Of a stretch of DNA of 64,000 nucleotides, positions 28,169 through 41,616 are shown in pieces; position 1 is the stretch's first letter, and every line of letters starts with the position of its first letter. Made by a program: the position numbers and the translations under genes. Source of the stretch: the human T2T-CHM13v2.0 reference genome, Homo sapiens; assembly GCF_009914755.1 (NCBI RefSeq), contig NC_060930.1. One strand, given 5' to 3'. Below the pieces are notes generated by a model, which did no database searches, was not told the DNA's origin, and was given only the letters and a program-made list of their open reading frames with translations.

Positions 28169-29072
28169 TGTCGACAGGAGTCAAACTATGTAAAATATTT
28201 AGAGAGGTTTATTCTGAGACAAATATAAGTAACCATAACTGTGCCTGAGACACAGTCTCAAGATATCATGAGAACATGTGGCCAAGGTGGTTGGTTTGCA
28301 GCTTGGTTTTATACATTTTAAGGAGACGAAAGACATCAATCAATACATGTGAGGTATCCTTTGGTTTGGTCTAGAAAGACAGAACAACTGGAAGTGAGGG
28401 GCAGGCTTACAGGTCCTAGGTAGATTCCAAGATTTTCTGATTAGCAATTGGTTGAGAGTTAAGTTATTATCTAAAGACCTGGAATCGGTAGAAAGGAGTG
28501 TCTGGGTTAAGATAAGGGGTTGTAGAGGACAAGGTTCTTATTATGTAGATGAAGTCTCATATGTGACCACCTTTAATAACAATATGTGGCAAATGTTTTC
28601 TATTCAGACCTTTGAAAGGTGCTCTAGACTCTTAGCTAATCTCTTCAGGAACAGAAAAAGATCTGGAAAGGGAAGGGGATTCTCTACAGAATGTAAATTT
28701 CCTCCACAAGAGACAGCTTTGCAGGGCCATTAAAAAATATGTCAAAGAAATATATTTTGGGGTAAAACATTTTGATTTGTTTTCAGGGCCTTCTATCTAT
28801 CAAGTGATCCCATACTAGAGTTAGGTTGGAATTGGGTATCTTATTGCTACAAATAGTCTGTTTTGTTATTCTTAAGATCTCTGTTTTAATATTAATACTG
28901 GTCAGTTGTACCTGAATTCCAAATGTATGAGTATAATGAAGCATGTCCCACCCACAGCCCTTCCCATCATTGCCTGAACCAGTTTCATTTTAGGTTTCTT
29001 TGAAATTCTCTAGGCCGAGAAAAGGGACCATTCAGTTAGCGGGGGGGCTTAGAATTTTATTTTTGGTTTACA
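28169..29072 (-). mobile_element. MER4D1-like ERV1 solo LTR (about 900 bp)
   Basis: TGTCGACAGGAGTCAAACT...GGGGGCTTAGAATTTTATTTTTGGTTTACA; perfect 4-bp TSD CTTT. Confidence 0.9.
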
Positions 29073-29949
29073 CTTTTGTAAATTATTTCACCTACCTTTG
29101 GTTTCCCCCAACAGTTTGTAATAGATTCAAATTGAATACAAGTCTCTATATATAATTTTACCGAGGATTACGTGAATTAAATAAGTTGCTCATTTAACTC
29201 ATTCCACTGAAATGAGTTAAATTAATATATGTAAAGTACAAGAAGATGTAGCACTTAATAAGGGGAATAAAGTCATATTATTATTACTCAAAAGGGAACA
29301 ATTTAAACAACTTAGAGTTTCCCCAAGAAAAAGAAATACTCCATGAGTACAATTGTGTTATTTCTTGTGATTGTTAAAGTGTATCCCTGGTTCTGAGTTA
29401 GGAGTGGGAAGGACGACAACTGTAAATTAGAGAGGGCTTAGAAAATGTGCTAGCAAATGTGAACAAAAATAATTTTTTAGGAAGAATATGGTGGGGAAGA
29501 CAATGGATAAGGTCATTTCCCATGCCAGCTTTCAGGTGGCACTATTATCTCTTAAGAGCTAAGTTCCTATCCACCTGGTGGAGCTCCTCCAGCCTAGAGG
29601 GTGCAAGGGTGAAAAAGGAACAGGTGTAATTCGGGGAGGGAAAAGGTAGGAAGTATTCATCTGGTCGGAGATATTAATAAAGTGTATGTCTGAAACTTAG
29701 AATGTTGGCAAATAGAAAGAGGGAACGTAAAACATCTAAAGAGAGAGGAGTTCTATAAATTGTATTCCTGAAGTAGTGTTTCTTATGTTTGTTTAAAGCA
29801 AAACGGGTTGCGTTTTGGAAAGAAATTCCTGGTGGTGTTTTTCTGATGTTTCATGTATTTGATCTGGCATGTTGAGCTCAGTGGGCAAAATAACGTATGA
29901 TTGATTGAATTTATATGCTTATATGTCTAAGTAACACTGGCTAACTCAC

Positions 29950-30054
29950 CTCTCTCTGGCCTTCTATTTGCAAGCCAATATTGCAAACAAATTAATATAT
30001 AACTACACAAAAAGATTCCTGTTTCTCTGTTGTCTTGGCATCCATTTACCTGTC
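29950..30054 (-). ncRNA. Candidate 105-nt exon with an internal donor 5 nt after the acceptor
   Basis: ctattcttcttttcag|GACAG/GTAAAT ... AGAGAG|gtgagt. Confidence 0.3.
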
Positions 30055-30242
30055 CTGAAAAGAAGAATAGATCAGCCATTTTTTAAAATCCATTTCAAGA
30101 GAGATTATAACAATTACCTATGCAGTCAGTCTGTGTCATTAAGTATAAATGAGTCTGTGATGAGAAAAGTCAAAGCTCCATTTTATTAGTCTTAATTTTA
30201 GTTTTTATTTTTAGATACCTAATTTGCTTTCACATTTGATAC

Positions 30243-30361
30243 CTTAGACAAAAGCATAGTCAACTGCTGATCTCTTGCTTTTCCCTGCCGTGCGTGTAAT
30301 TGGACACTCTCTTAGCGAGGACACAACTGTTCACATAGATACCACAAAGCGATGAAGACTG
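30243..30361 (-). ncRNA. Candidate 119-nt exon (NAGNAG acceptor)
   Basis: atttctttttaatctag|CAG... AAG|gtatca. Confidence 0.2.
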
Positions 30362-31464
30362 CTAGATTAAAAAGAAATCTTTTAATATATTTGTGATTAA
30401 CTGGCAACTATAATAAGGAGTTGCAGGGAAATAGAAATAAACAGAAAAGGTTAACAAGGTAGGACACAGAGATGATTATTTGCATGGGAGGAAGAAAGGC
30501 AAAACAACACCCAAAGCTTTCTATCTGACATCAACCTGTTTGATAAATAAGTAATGGGGAAAAAGAATTTCTGCCCTCAGATGTACACATTTTGCAGTAT
30601 TCTAGCTGTGACCTTTGTACATGGCCACAAATTCTATGCTAAAGAGCGAGTCTATGAATTATGTAAAACAAGAGATGATACAGAAGATTTGTGTTAGAAA
30701 TATGTAGCTTTACTTTCTTTACTGCCATCCAGGACAGAGAGCTCTTCCTAGTGTCTTTTTTTTCCCCCGTAGAGTTTCGAGTATATGTCTTTTAACTTTC
30801 TTGACAACTTTGTTTACTTCTTTATCATCTAAAAGACTGCCAAAAAGATCGTCCAAAAGAAAGCCATTCTGTCCAAAGAATAGCAGATCTAATTGTTAGA
30901 ATAAAAATTATTGAGGTTGCAATCTATCATGGTTAATATCATAAGATTAAACTTAGGTTTGTATCTTTGAGGGCAAATGCTAGATAAATGATAGTCCAAA
31001 ACAGCACTATGTTGGCCCATTTCCAAAGGTGCCTGCAGGAAAGTGTCAGTAATGCTGACAAGCCCTGGGAGATGCAATTCTTGACCAGGTGCTTAATATC
31101 AAAGTAGAGAAGAAGATGGCAAGCAGTTGACCAAAACTACAGAATCTGGGTGATGGGTGCAGTGATTTCTGGTGGCTGATTTCAATCATGTGAAAGAAAA
31201 ACAAAGGAAGATCTAGCCAAACTTACTAAAGGGGAATAAAAGACTGAAAATAAGAGACGTGGTAATAAAATAGCTACTACTCCTCTGAAACACAAGGCCT
31301 CAAAGCAACCTGCAACTGGCCTGAAGGAGGTGAATTACTCCTACTTTTGAGGAAGGAAAGGACATAAGGAAAGTGTGTCCTGTTAAGCTGAACACTCTGT
31401 TTCTGTAATTATAACACTATTAGGTTGGGTTTTTTTTTATTTTTTATTTTTTATTTTAGCATTT

Positions 31465-31640
31465 GAGAGGCCAGATGTCAAGCTTTATACATGATTATAT
31501 ATAATCTTTCTGATAACCTTGTGAGATACAGATAAGAAAACTAAACCACAAAAAATTGAAATAACATCCTCAAGGTCAATGAGAGTTGGAATTCACACCC
31601 TGGCCAAACCCAGAACTCGTAACCAATGTGCCCCATTGCC
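31465..31640 (-). mobile_element. MIR SINE fragment
   Basis: AACCTTGTGAGATACAGATAAGAAAACT...CAAGGTCA...GGAATTCACACCC. Confidence 0.6.
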
Positions 31641-32630
31641 TTCATGCCTGGTGTCCCAAGACAGCTTAGTTTCACAACGTTGGTCCAAAATACATGCTTT
31701 TCTAACGTGCAGTCATTCATATTGCAATTTAGGAAGACCATCTTTTTAGCATCATAGTACTGCTTTATTCTCAGAATTATCCCGACAATATATATAGATT
31801 TTTTTGGTCACTGCAAGGTGGTTGCTACGATTTCTTCTCATTTTGTGTGTTTCTTGACCTGAGACATTTATTGACAACATGTTTCCACTACTCTAGCTGG
31901 TATTCAAATCCTCTCTGCGTCAGACTTTTATTATGTCTGTGCCGCCTCATTGCCTTAGGCCCTCATCTGGTAGAAAACACCCCCTGGCCTGCAAAGATAC
32001 ATGGATTTGCACTAACTCCATGACACTTAAAATAATGTGTTTATTTCTTTGGCCTTTAAAGCATAGCTTTATTAGACGTTTTTAGGGGTCAGACTTTGAT
32101 TATGTACCTTGAAAAAGTCAAAACCTATAATTAGACCAAAATAAAACCGGGAAGTTTCTAAGTCTGTACGGAAAGGACCACAAATCTATTCACTTGCTCC
32201 ACTTAGTTTGAATGAGCTGGTAATATTTATAGAGAAGTCAGTATGCTCACAAAACTGTCTATCAGGAGCCTAAATCATGATTCATAATAAAAATGTGTTT
32301 CAAATACTTTCAGATCTATAAGAACAACCAGGTGATTTCAAAATATTAAGAAGTATTTATTGGAACAAAATGTTTGGGGGATATTGGGAATTTTTTTCCT
32401 ATACATTAACATCAAGCTCTTACAGCATAGCCAAAAAAATCAATGTGAGTTATATTACATTGAACTTGCTTCTTTGCTTGTATAATTATGAGTTACCTAG
32501 CAACACATTAATCAGAAATAGTCCCTGTTTGGATACTGGCTGTGAAACTCCAGGCCTCACAGACTCAGCAAATTCTCCAGACCTTGGAACCAAAGCTGTG
32601 AGCAGTTGGTCTTTTGGTGCATCAAGATAG

Positions 32631-32981
<351 letters not shown>

Positions 32982-33337
32982 TAACTTGGGGCCTGTAAAC
33001 AAAAATTGAGAACAAAGATAATACTACAGGAAAAGTATTTTGGAGTTTTCCACCCAGTAAACTTACATCTATCATTACATTATGTTTATTCGGGTATAGC
33101 TCAATTTGATAATAGGCACCACTCCATGAGAGAATTGTTAAGTACACTCAATTTAACAGCAAGGTCTCTGTCCTGTTACTGGTCTTTCTCCTCTCCTTGG
33201 ATGACATTACCAAATTAGTCATTTTCTTTGTTGTGATAATGATGTCAAAATAAGCAAGATGCTTTTTAATAAGCTTAACGCCAAAGCAAGTTTAAATACT
33301 GTATTGTGTTTTTATATTATATGTTATATAATGCTAT

Positions 33338-33730
33338 TGTCTTCTTAGACCACTTTGTGCTACTGTAACAGAATACCCAAGACTGGGTAATCTATAATGA
33401 ACAGAAATTTATTGACTCATAGTTCTAAAGGCTGGGACGTCCAAGATCAAGGGGCTGGCATCTTACAAGCCCTTCTTGCTGTGTGATCCTATGGGAGAAG
33501 ACAGAAGGGCAAGAGAGGGTAGGAGAGAGAGGCAAAAGAGGACTGAACTTGTCCTTTTATAAAGAACTCATTCCTGCAATAATGAACCCACCTCTGAGTT
33601 AACGGCATCAATTCATTCACAAAAGGTGAGCCTTCGTGGCCTAGTTACCTCTTAAAGTTTTCATCTGTGAATACTGTTACAGTGGCAATTAAATTTCAAC
33701 ATATGCTTTTTGCAAGACACATTCAATCCT
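33338..33730 (-). mobile_element. MSTD-like MaLR 3' LTR
   Basis: ACAGAATACCCAAGACTGGGTAAT...AAATTTATT...GGCAATTAAATTTCAACAT. Confidence 0.85.
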
Positions 33731-35203
33731 GTCACCCAAAACATGTGCTCTTCTCCATACAAAATATAATCATTCTATCCCAATAACCTCAAAGTCTTAA
33801 CTCATTCCTTAATCAACTAAAAAAACCCCAAAGTCTCATCTAAATCAGATATGGATGAGACTCAAGCCATTCATCTGGAGATAAATACTCCTTCAGCTGT
33901 AAGCCTGTGAAATCAAACACATCATGTGCTTTCAAAATAAGATGGTGGGACAGGCATAGGATTGGAATTCCCATTCCAAAAGGGAGAAATGGGCAAGAAG
34001 TAAGGAGTAACTAGTCCCAAGTAAGTCCAAAAGCCAACAGGGCAAACAACATCACATCTTAAGACTCCAGAATAATCTTTTCATGTCCATGTGCCACCTT
34101 TTGGACACACTGCATTGGACACTGGGCACCTAAGGCCTCAAGTAGCCCCACCTTTATGATTTTGCTCAGCCCACTCAGCAGCTGTCACAGACCGGAGTCT
34201 CATGCCTGCATCTCTCTCAGGCTGGCATTGCACACTGGTGGCTTTACAGTTCTGGGGTCTTGGGGATGGCTCCACTCCCATGGCTTTACTAGGCATTGCC
34301 CTAGTGTGGACTCTCTGCAGCGGCTCCACCCATATGCCACATTTCTGCCAGGGTCCCTAGGCTGTCTGTGCCGTCTTTCAAAGTCTAAGTGGAGGTAGCC
34401 ATGCCTCCACAGCTCTTGCATTCTGCATGACTGCAAACTAATTTCTACATGGATGTTTTAAGGTTTACTTCTTGTGCCCCCCAGAGCAGCAACTTGAGCT
34501 GTATCTAGGACCACTTGAGCCACAGCTCTGGTGGCCAAGGAGCACTGCATGAGAATGCCGGGAGCCCCAGGCAGCAAGCCTGTGGAGGGTACCCCAGGCC
34601 TTTCCTACAAAACCATTCTGCCTTCCTAGGGCTCTGGCAAGAGGGGCAGACTCTAAGTTCTCCAAAATGCCCTTGCTCTCATTCTCTCATTGTCTTAATG
34701 GATGGTACCTGCCTCCCTTCTATCCATACTCATCTCCTTCTCAAACGGTTGCTTGGCTACCCCCTTGATATACTCTCCCGAACATGTCTTTTTATCTTCA
34801 CGTGATCAGGCTAGGGATGTTCCAAATTTTTACATTCTGTTCCCTTTTCATTATAAATTCTGTGTTTAAATTATTTTTATTTTCTCTCATTTTATTGTAT
34901 GCAGTTAAAAGAAGCCATGCAATTCCTACAGATATTTCTCCTGCCAGATAGTCTGATCACTCCTAAATTCTGCCTTTCACAAAGATCTCAGGCATGGACA
35001 CAATTCAGCCAAGTTCTCTGCCACTCCATAACAAGGATGACTTTTACTCTCGTTTCCAATTCCTTGTTCTGCATTTTCATCTGAGACCTTATCAGAACGG
35101 GCTTTACCACTCATATTTCTACCACCATTCTGCTCAGGAGCACATAAATACTCTCTAAGAAGCTCAGACTTTCCCTACAGCTCTTTTCTTCCTCTGAGCC
35201 CTC
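33731..35203 (-). mobile_element. MST-int MaLR internal region (5' LTR missing)
   Basis: AAAGTCTCATCTAAATCAGATATGG, CCCATTCCAAAAGGGAGAAAT, ...CTCTGAGCCCTC. Confidence 0.85.
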
Positions 35204-37139
35204 AAAATTCTTGACTATTTGTGCTGGAGACTCTTCTCCTGCAGGTGGCTTGTCCCACATCCCTGTCCTTATAGTTGCACTGTGTTCAGTTTCACTGGAC
35301 TCATTTTCCCTGTGCTTGTTGAGACTTCTGGCTCATACCGTTGCTTTTCTCTTGATTTTGAATCTCAAGACCATTTCTTCATTAGCTACCTGATCAGCAG
35401 GGACCGGTTTCAGTCTCCCTCCTGTTCTAGGAATCATACCACTGCCTTCATGTCAATTCGTGTGGTGGACTTCTCTCTGGTCACAGCTTTCTTTGGGTCT
35501 TCCTATCCCATGAGCTACACTAACTTTTATGGCCTCAGGCAGCCCAGCCACTGGCTCTGATTTGTCCTGGCTCTTAGGATGCATTGAGAAAGTTGCCCAA
35601 CAGCTATGAGAGAGCGTAGAGGACTGCTTCAAGGTTTTTGATTAGGAAGAAAAATTTCTACAATAATTACTCTCTGGAATACTGTCCTCCAAGAACAAAC
35701 AGGCAATTTTTTTTTCTGTAAGTTTTTCTCATGATGACCCTTAAAAGTGTATAAAACTGTCTTTCTCTCAAGGAACAAAATGGTTGAACTCCATAAGCAA
35801 ATCTGCCTCAGACATAAAACTGCGCCTTCCCAGGCAAAATCATGTGCTTCTCAGCATTTCCACCGCAGGTGGCTCCCTCCTGCCTCACTGCATGCATGTT
35901 ACATCTGTGCTTGCGATCATTTGCCCTCGCTTCTGTCCATACTCAGCTGCTTGAATGTCCTTTGTGTTAGTTCATTTCAAAACCTTCTCTTTTTGAGTGG
36001 CTGAATTGTTATCAGTGTAACTCACCTCACATGCAAGAACTGAGAAAAGCATCACAGGTAGTTAAGCACTTAATAAATGCTTGTTGTTAGTGATGAATAT
36101 ATACTAAAATATTAATCAGCTTTAGGCTTTCATAGGCTCAGAAAGTTCTTTATGCACGATGATAAAAACAAAACCAATAATTAGGTTAAATAAGTAATAC
36201 CCTCCTATAAGACTGGGGTAAAACCTAACAAATCTATTTGCTTGCTCTCTCCCAATCTGCATTTCTGTTACCTTACAGTTCATTCATCCCTTCAGCTACA
36301 AACAAAGTCAATGTTAACTGCAGCCCCATACCTCTGCGCTGAGGCCTTTGTGATGTCTGGGTCTCACCATGGAAACGTTCTGACTGTAGACTTCAACTGA
36401 CACACAGCTGGGATGGGCCACTCTGCCTGCATGTCACTGACCACCTCCCACTGCTCTGGGTTCTACCATTTGAGGAGACACCTGCATAGGTCAAAGGCTG
36501 GGTGGCTAAGAGAGCTGACGGCACTCCTGATCTCTGGGCCTGGCATGAGAAGACATTGGTGGGAAAGGCCAATAGAGGGGCTCATCCATCCCTTGAGGAG
36601 GAATAAATGAATCCCTGGAGTCTCCAATGCCCAGAGACTCCTCTTCTGGTCTTAGCCTTGTCCACATTTGGACATGCACTTTGATATAAAGTCAAAATTT
36701 TGGCAAAAGGACTAGTCCTAAGAGTAAGTCTGTTGAGGTGGTGGGATACTGGGTCTCAGTTACAGGCTCCACTCTAAAACCAGAGAAAGCAAGAGGAAGG
36801 AGGAGGAGGAGGAAGAGAGAAGGAGTAGGAGATGGAAGAGACAAAGAAATAAGGAAGAGACAAGTCTCTTATTATGAAAGTAAGTGGATGTCTGGAACTG
36901 CAATTAGTGTGATATCCCTTGCGTATGCGACCCAGACTTGTTTAAGAATGAAAATGGCACCTGCTGGTTGGTTGAATAACTCTTCACTTTGTTGTCACAT
37001 CATTTGCACTTTAATATGGCAGAGGAATCCGAAAGACAGTTTTTGTAAAAGATGGAGAAAGAATTGGGGTCACTGGAAAGTGGAATGGTGAGCCGAGGAG
37101 GAACAGAATGAAATGGGCAGGATGAGGTCACCCAAAGAG

Positions 37140-37280
37140 TCCCCTCCTTATTTCCCTCGCCAGGCCTCAGCATCATCCCCTCAACGTCCACACCTCCTCC
37201 TCACCAGCACTGCCCACGCCGCACCAGCAGCCACCCCCTGCAGCATTCCAGACTGGGGCGGCCTTGCTTTTCCTTGTCCT
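37140..37280. promoter_or_regulatory. GC-rich unique patch, possible enhancer
   Basis: Locally GC/CpG-rich; CATTCCA (TEAD-like), GGGGCGG (SP/KLF), CTCF-like GCTGCAGGGGGTGG on minus. Confidence 0.25.
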
Positions 37281-37429
37281 TAAATCTCTCCTTTTTCTAC
37301 ACACTTCTCACATTGACAGATGCTCAACAGTACACTAGGGATGGGGGTAGAACAGTGGTGGCCTTTGGAGACTGACAGGCTTAGACATGAGTAAAAGCTT
37401 TGTCAATTACTAGTTATGATGTGAGTACT

Positions 37430-37545
37430 GTTATTTTTTAAACAGATGCCAATTTAACAGGTGACAAATCGTATGTCACTGTTTTAACTGGAGTTCTTTG
37501 ATTACTAAGATGTAAAAAGTCTTTGAAAATGATTATTTGCCATTG
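37430..37545 (-). mobile_element. L1ME fragment within MIR remnants (37330-37680)
   Basis: GCCAATTTAACAGGTGACAAATCGTATGTCACTGTTTTAA...TTTGATTACTA. Confidence 0.5.
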
Positions 37546-37759
37546 TACTTAAGCACTCCAACCCCCGTTTGCCCATCTGTTTGTTTCGTGCTTGGGTCTG
37601 TCTTATGGGGGAAGTCGGAGGAACTTATGCCCATAGAGTGCTTAGCACATAGAAAGACCCTGCAAATGTTCACTGTTATTTGTATAATACAGGAATCAAA
37701 AAGCAAAATAAATACAGTTCATGAAGGAGCACTTTTTTTTTCTCATTTTCCAAATGAAA

Positions 37760-37920
37760 TACGGCCCTTGGATGCAGAATCCTTCTGGGTCACTAACTCA
37801 GTGTGAGCCTGAACAAGTGTTATTTTTTTCTCTATAGGTCTCCTCTGGTGCTTCATCTATAAAATGAAGCGGCTACGCTGTATGGTTTATAAGGCCTAGT
37901 CCACCTTTAACATTCTATCA
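37760..37920 (+). mobile_element. MIR3/MIR fragment
   Basis: CACTAACTCAGTGTGAGCCTGAACAAGT...CATCTATAAAATGA...TAACATTCTAT. Confidence 0.6.
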
Positions 37921-38046
37921 CACTCTGATCCCACTTATTCCTCTCCTAAAGATATACATTGCTTCCAAATGGCAAACTGAGGACAACAAAGTTGCACAAT
38001 ATGATGAAAGTGTCAGTAACCTTTCTGTGTTAAAACTGTTAGAATA

Positions 38047-38527
38047 ATTACAAAGATACATGCTCCTGTATATTTACTGTGGCACGATATACAAGAGCAA
38101 AGACATAGAATCAACCGAAATGCCCATCAATGATAGGCTAGGTAAAGAAAATGTGGTCCGTATACACCATGGAATACTATGCAGCCATAAAAAGGAAGGA
38201 GATCATGTCCTTTGCAGGGACATGGATGGAGCTAGAAGTCATTATCCTTAGCAAATTAATGCAAGAACCGAAAACCAAAACTGCATGTTCTCACTTACAA
38301 GTGGGAGCTGAACAATGAGCACATGTGGACCCAGTGGGGGAACAACAGACGCACCAGGGCCTATTGGCAGGCAGAGGGGGAAGAGCATCAGGGAAAACAG
38401 CTAATGCCTGCTGGGCTTAATACCTAGGTGATGGGTTGATAGGTTCAGCAAACCACCATGGCACACATTTACCTATGTAACAAACCTGCACATCCTGCAC
38501 ATGTATCCTGGAACTTAAGTTAAATTA
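38047..38527 (+). mobile_element. L1PA (about PA10-PA11) 3' end, 5'-truncated
   Basis: CACCATGGAATACTATGCAGCC...GGGCTTAATACCTAGGTGATGGG...GGAACTTAA; perfect 15-bp TSD AAAACTGTTAGAATA. Confidence 0.93.
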
Positions 38528-38547
38528 AAAACTGTTAGAATATAGAC

Positions 38548-38670
38548 TCATACTAGAACATAAGCTCCAGGAGAGAAGAGATTTTTGTTTGTTTTGTTCA
38601 TTAATGTATTCCCAACACTTCAAACAGTGTGTGGCACATAGTAGATGTTCAAGAAGTATTTGCTGAATGA
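38548..38670 (+). mobile_element. L2a 3' end
   Basis: CTAGAACATAAGCTCCAGGAG...GGCACATAGTAGATGTTCAA...TGAATGAA. Confidence 0.8.
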
Positions 38671-38759
38671 AACATATTAATACCTTGTATAAAAATAAGC
38701 ATTTCATGCAGGAGGAAAGTGACTGCAAATCATTATTTTCAAAGACCATTTTTATTTTA

Positions 38760-39390
38760 GTAATCAAAGAAATGATGACATGTGATTTGTCAACTGTTAG
38801 ACTGGCAGATGTTAACGAAATAACAATACTCACATCATCAGTAAATGATGGAGAAATTATCACTTTTACCCTGTTATAGAACAATCTTCCTGGAATTCAG
38901 TGTGACATTACTTATCAAAAGGCTTAGAAATATGCACAAACTTTGACCCAGAAATTCCACACCCGGAAAGGTATTTTAAGGAAAGAATTAAGAATATGCA
39001 AAGATTTAGCTATAAGAATTCTGTTCATAGTAGTGAAATTTGGAAACAACCAAAAGGTCCAACTAGGGGCAAATTTGGTAACAAAGGATGATATAGTCTT
39101 TGAATGAAATACTAACTAGTTATTAAAGACATTACACATGAATATTTATTTTTAAAAATACTCACGATGAATGTCCTAAAAAGGCAGTTTATGAGATAGC
39201 ATGTATAGTATAATGCCATATAGAAATTCATCTACAGCTAAATAAAAGATTTCCATAGCATACAGATGACAAATTATATCTGGTTATATCTGGGTAGTGG
39301 AGTTATATACTTCTGTACGTTTTTTTCCTTTTTGCTAATTTTATCATTTTTTTCTTCAATGGCCATACATTGCATTTATAATGAAATAAT
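38760..39390 (+). mobile_element. L1ME-type 3' region
   Basis: CTTTGACCCAGAAATTCCAC, TTGGAAACAACC, GGTTATATCTGGGTAGTGG. Confidence 0.65.
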
Positions 39391-39864
39391 TGTTTTAATT
39401 TAAACATTTACCTTTTAGCTGTAACAAATGTAGACTTTTCGATAGTCTGTTATATTTTTCCCGGTGGCATCTGAACAGTGTTCTTTGCTCAGCCAGCTTT
39501 TCTTGCTCTATCATTAGCGTGGCTAAGTTAATCAGATTTTAAGCTCCCTACGGGCAGGTTTACATTTTTTCGTTATTCTTTAACATATCTTGCACCCCTT
39601 CTGGCTGCTAAATAAAAATCTGCTGCCCTGAAATGCAGTCAAGTGCAATTTCAATTTCTGCTCTCATTAAACGTCCCCTATAAATCCATTTAAACAGTTC
39701 TAGTAATAAGAGTATCCCCCAAGGTTTTCTTTTTTCCTTTGTATTGTAAGCCAATTACTCACGATTCCTGACACTAGGGAAGAAGAGACTAGTACGATAG
39801 GGGCGTATGTGTAGAAGCGGAAAGATATTTGTTTTGTGTTGCCCCAGGGTGGCTGAGCTAAGTC

Positions 39865-40060
39865 ACAAGAAAGTGAATTCAGCTCAGCTAAGGAAGAACT
39901 TTCTAATCATTAAAGATGGGCATCAATAGGAGGTGACTATAGTAAGTTTATAAACTCCCTTTCATGAAGGACACCTAAGCATTGCATGTGGATGTCACCA
40001 ATGAGTTAGAAGTTGGACTAGGTGACCTTTGACCATTTTTCCAAGTATAAATGTACCTTA
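39865..40060 (+). mobile_element. L3/CR1 LINE 3' fragment
   Basis: AAGGAAGAACTTTTCTAA...GTTGGACTAGGTGACCTTTGA. Confidence 0.6.
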
Positions 40061-40299
40061 TTCTCTTAGGTCTCATCTGCTGCTAAGAAATCAAGGGCTA
40101 GGGGAAGGTAAAGTGTGTAGATGAATGCTTTGTTTGGCTTGATGTTCCACATTGCTTACCCTTGGAATCCAGACTCAAAAACCCCTTCCCAAGGCACCGT
40201 GCCATCTCTTACCCCTTTCATTTACTCCTATTCATCTGGCTATGCACCTGTGAAGAATACTTCTCTTCCTTCTTCCAGCATCTGAGATAAACATGAGCT

Positions 40300-40530
40300 G
40301 CCATTTATTAAACAATTTTTGAATGATTATTTTTTGGCTAAGCATTATGGTAAATACTCGATGGGAATTGCTTCACGTCATATTCCCAAAACAACCCAAA
40401 AAGTTAGGATTGTAACATTCAGAAAACCAAGGCTAATAAAGGTTCAATAATGTGCCTAAGGCCACACAACTAGTACAAGCAAAGGCAAAATTTAAACTCA
40501 GGTAAGTCTGACTTCAAAGTAAAGTATGTA
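40300..40530 (-). mobile_element. MIR SINE
   Basis: CATTTATT...TGCCTAAGGCCACACAACTAGT...TTTAAACTCAGGTAAGTCTGACTTCAAAG. Confidence 0.75.
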
Positions 40531-40834
40531 ATAATATGGCACAGTGGCTGATGAAATGTCAGGATTTTCATGGGCAACAACATTTTCAGAGACTACATCT
40601 CTGCCTGCTTCTCTACTCCGTCCAGATCCCTTTCTGGCCTCCTGTCTGTCCCAGCCCCTGATTCTCCTTCTGGCTACATTGCCACCCTTCTTGCCCCAGT
40701 CCTCAGTGGACTCCAAGTGTCCCCAACAAATGTGTTTCTTCTAATCCCCAGCCACCAGAAGTATCCACAGTTGTCCAAATCATAGTGTCTCTCTGAGAGG
40801 CACTTGAAGCTCAGGCTCATGGGCTAGTGATAGA

Positions 40835-41571
40835 GTTTATGGTCAACTTTATGTGTCCACTTTACTGGGCTAAGGGGTGCCCAGATAGCTGGTAAAACAC
40901 AATTTCTGGGGGGTGTCTGTAAGGTTGTTTCCAGAAAAGATTAGCATTTGAATCAGTAGACAGTAAAGAAGATCCACTCTCATCACTGTGGTTGGGCACC
41001 ATCCAGTCCAATCCATTGAGGGCCCTAATACAACAAAAAGGCAGAGGAAGGGTGAATTGTTTCCTTCTCTCTGTTTAAACTGAGACATTCATCTTCTCCT
41101 GCCCTTGAGCATGGGAGCTCCTGGTTCTCAGGCTGAATTACACTGTCAGCTTTCCTGGTTCTCTGTCTCGAAGGCAGCATATGATGACTTCTTGGCCTCC
41201 ATAATTGCATGAGTAAATTCCCATAATAAACTTATCTATCATTTCTATTATCTATCTATCTATATCTATCATCTATCTCTCTATCATTTATCTTTCTTCT
41301 ATCTACCTATCACCTATCATATGTATGTGTGTATCTATATCTATATCTATCTCATCTATCTGCATTTCTATCTAGCTATGTATCACTTATCCTATCTATC
41401 ATCTATCATCTATCTATCCATATCTATCATCTATCATCTCTCTCTTTATCATTTATCTATCTTTCTGCTATCTACCTATCACCTATCATATGTATGTATG
41501 TATGTATCTATCTATCTATATCTATCTCATCTATCTGCATTTCTATCTACCTATGTATCACTTATCCTATC

Positions 41572-41616
<45 letters not shown>

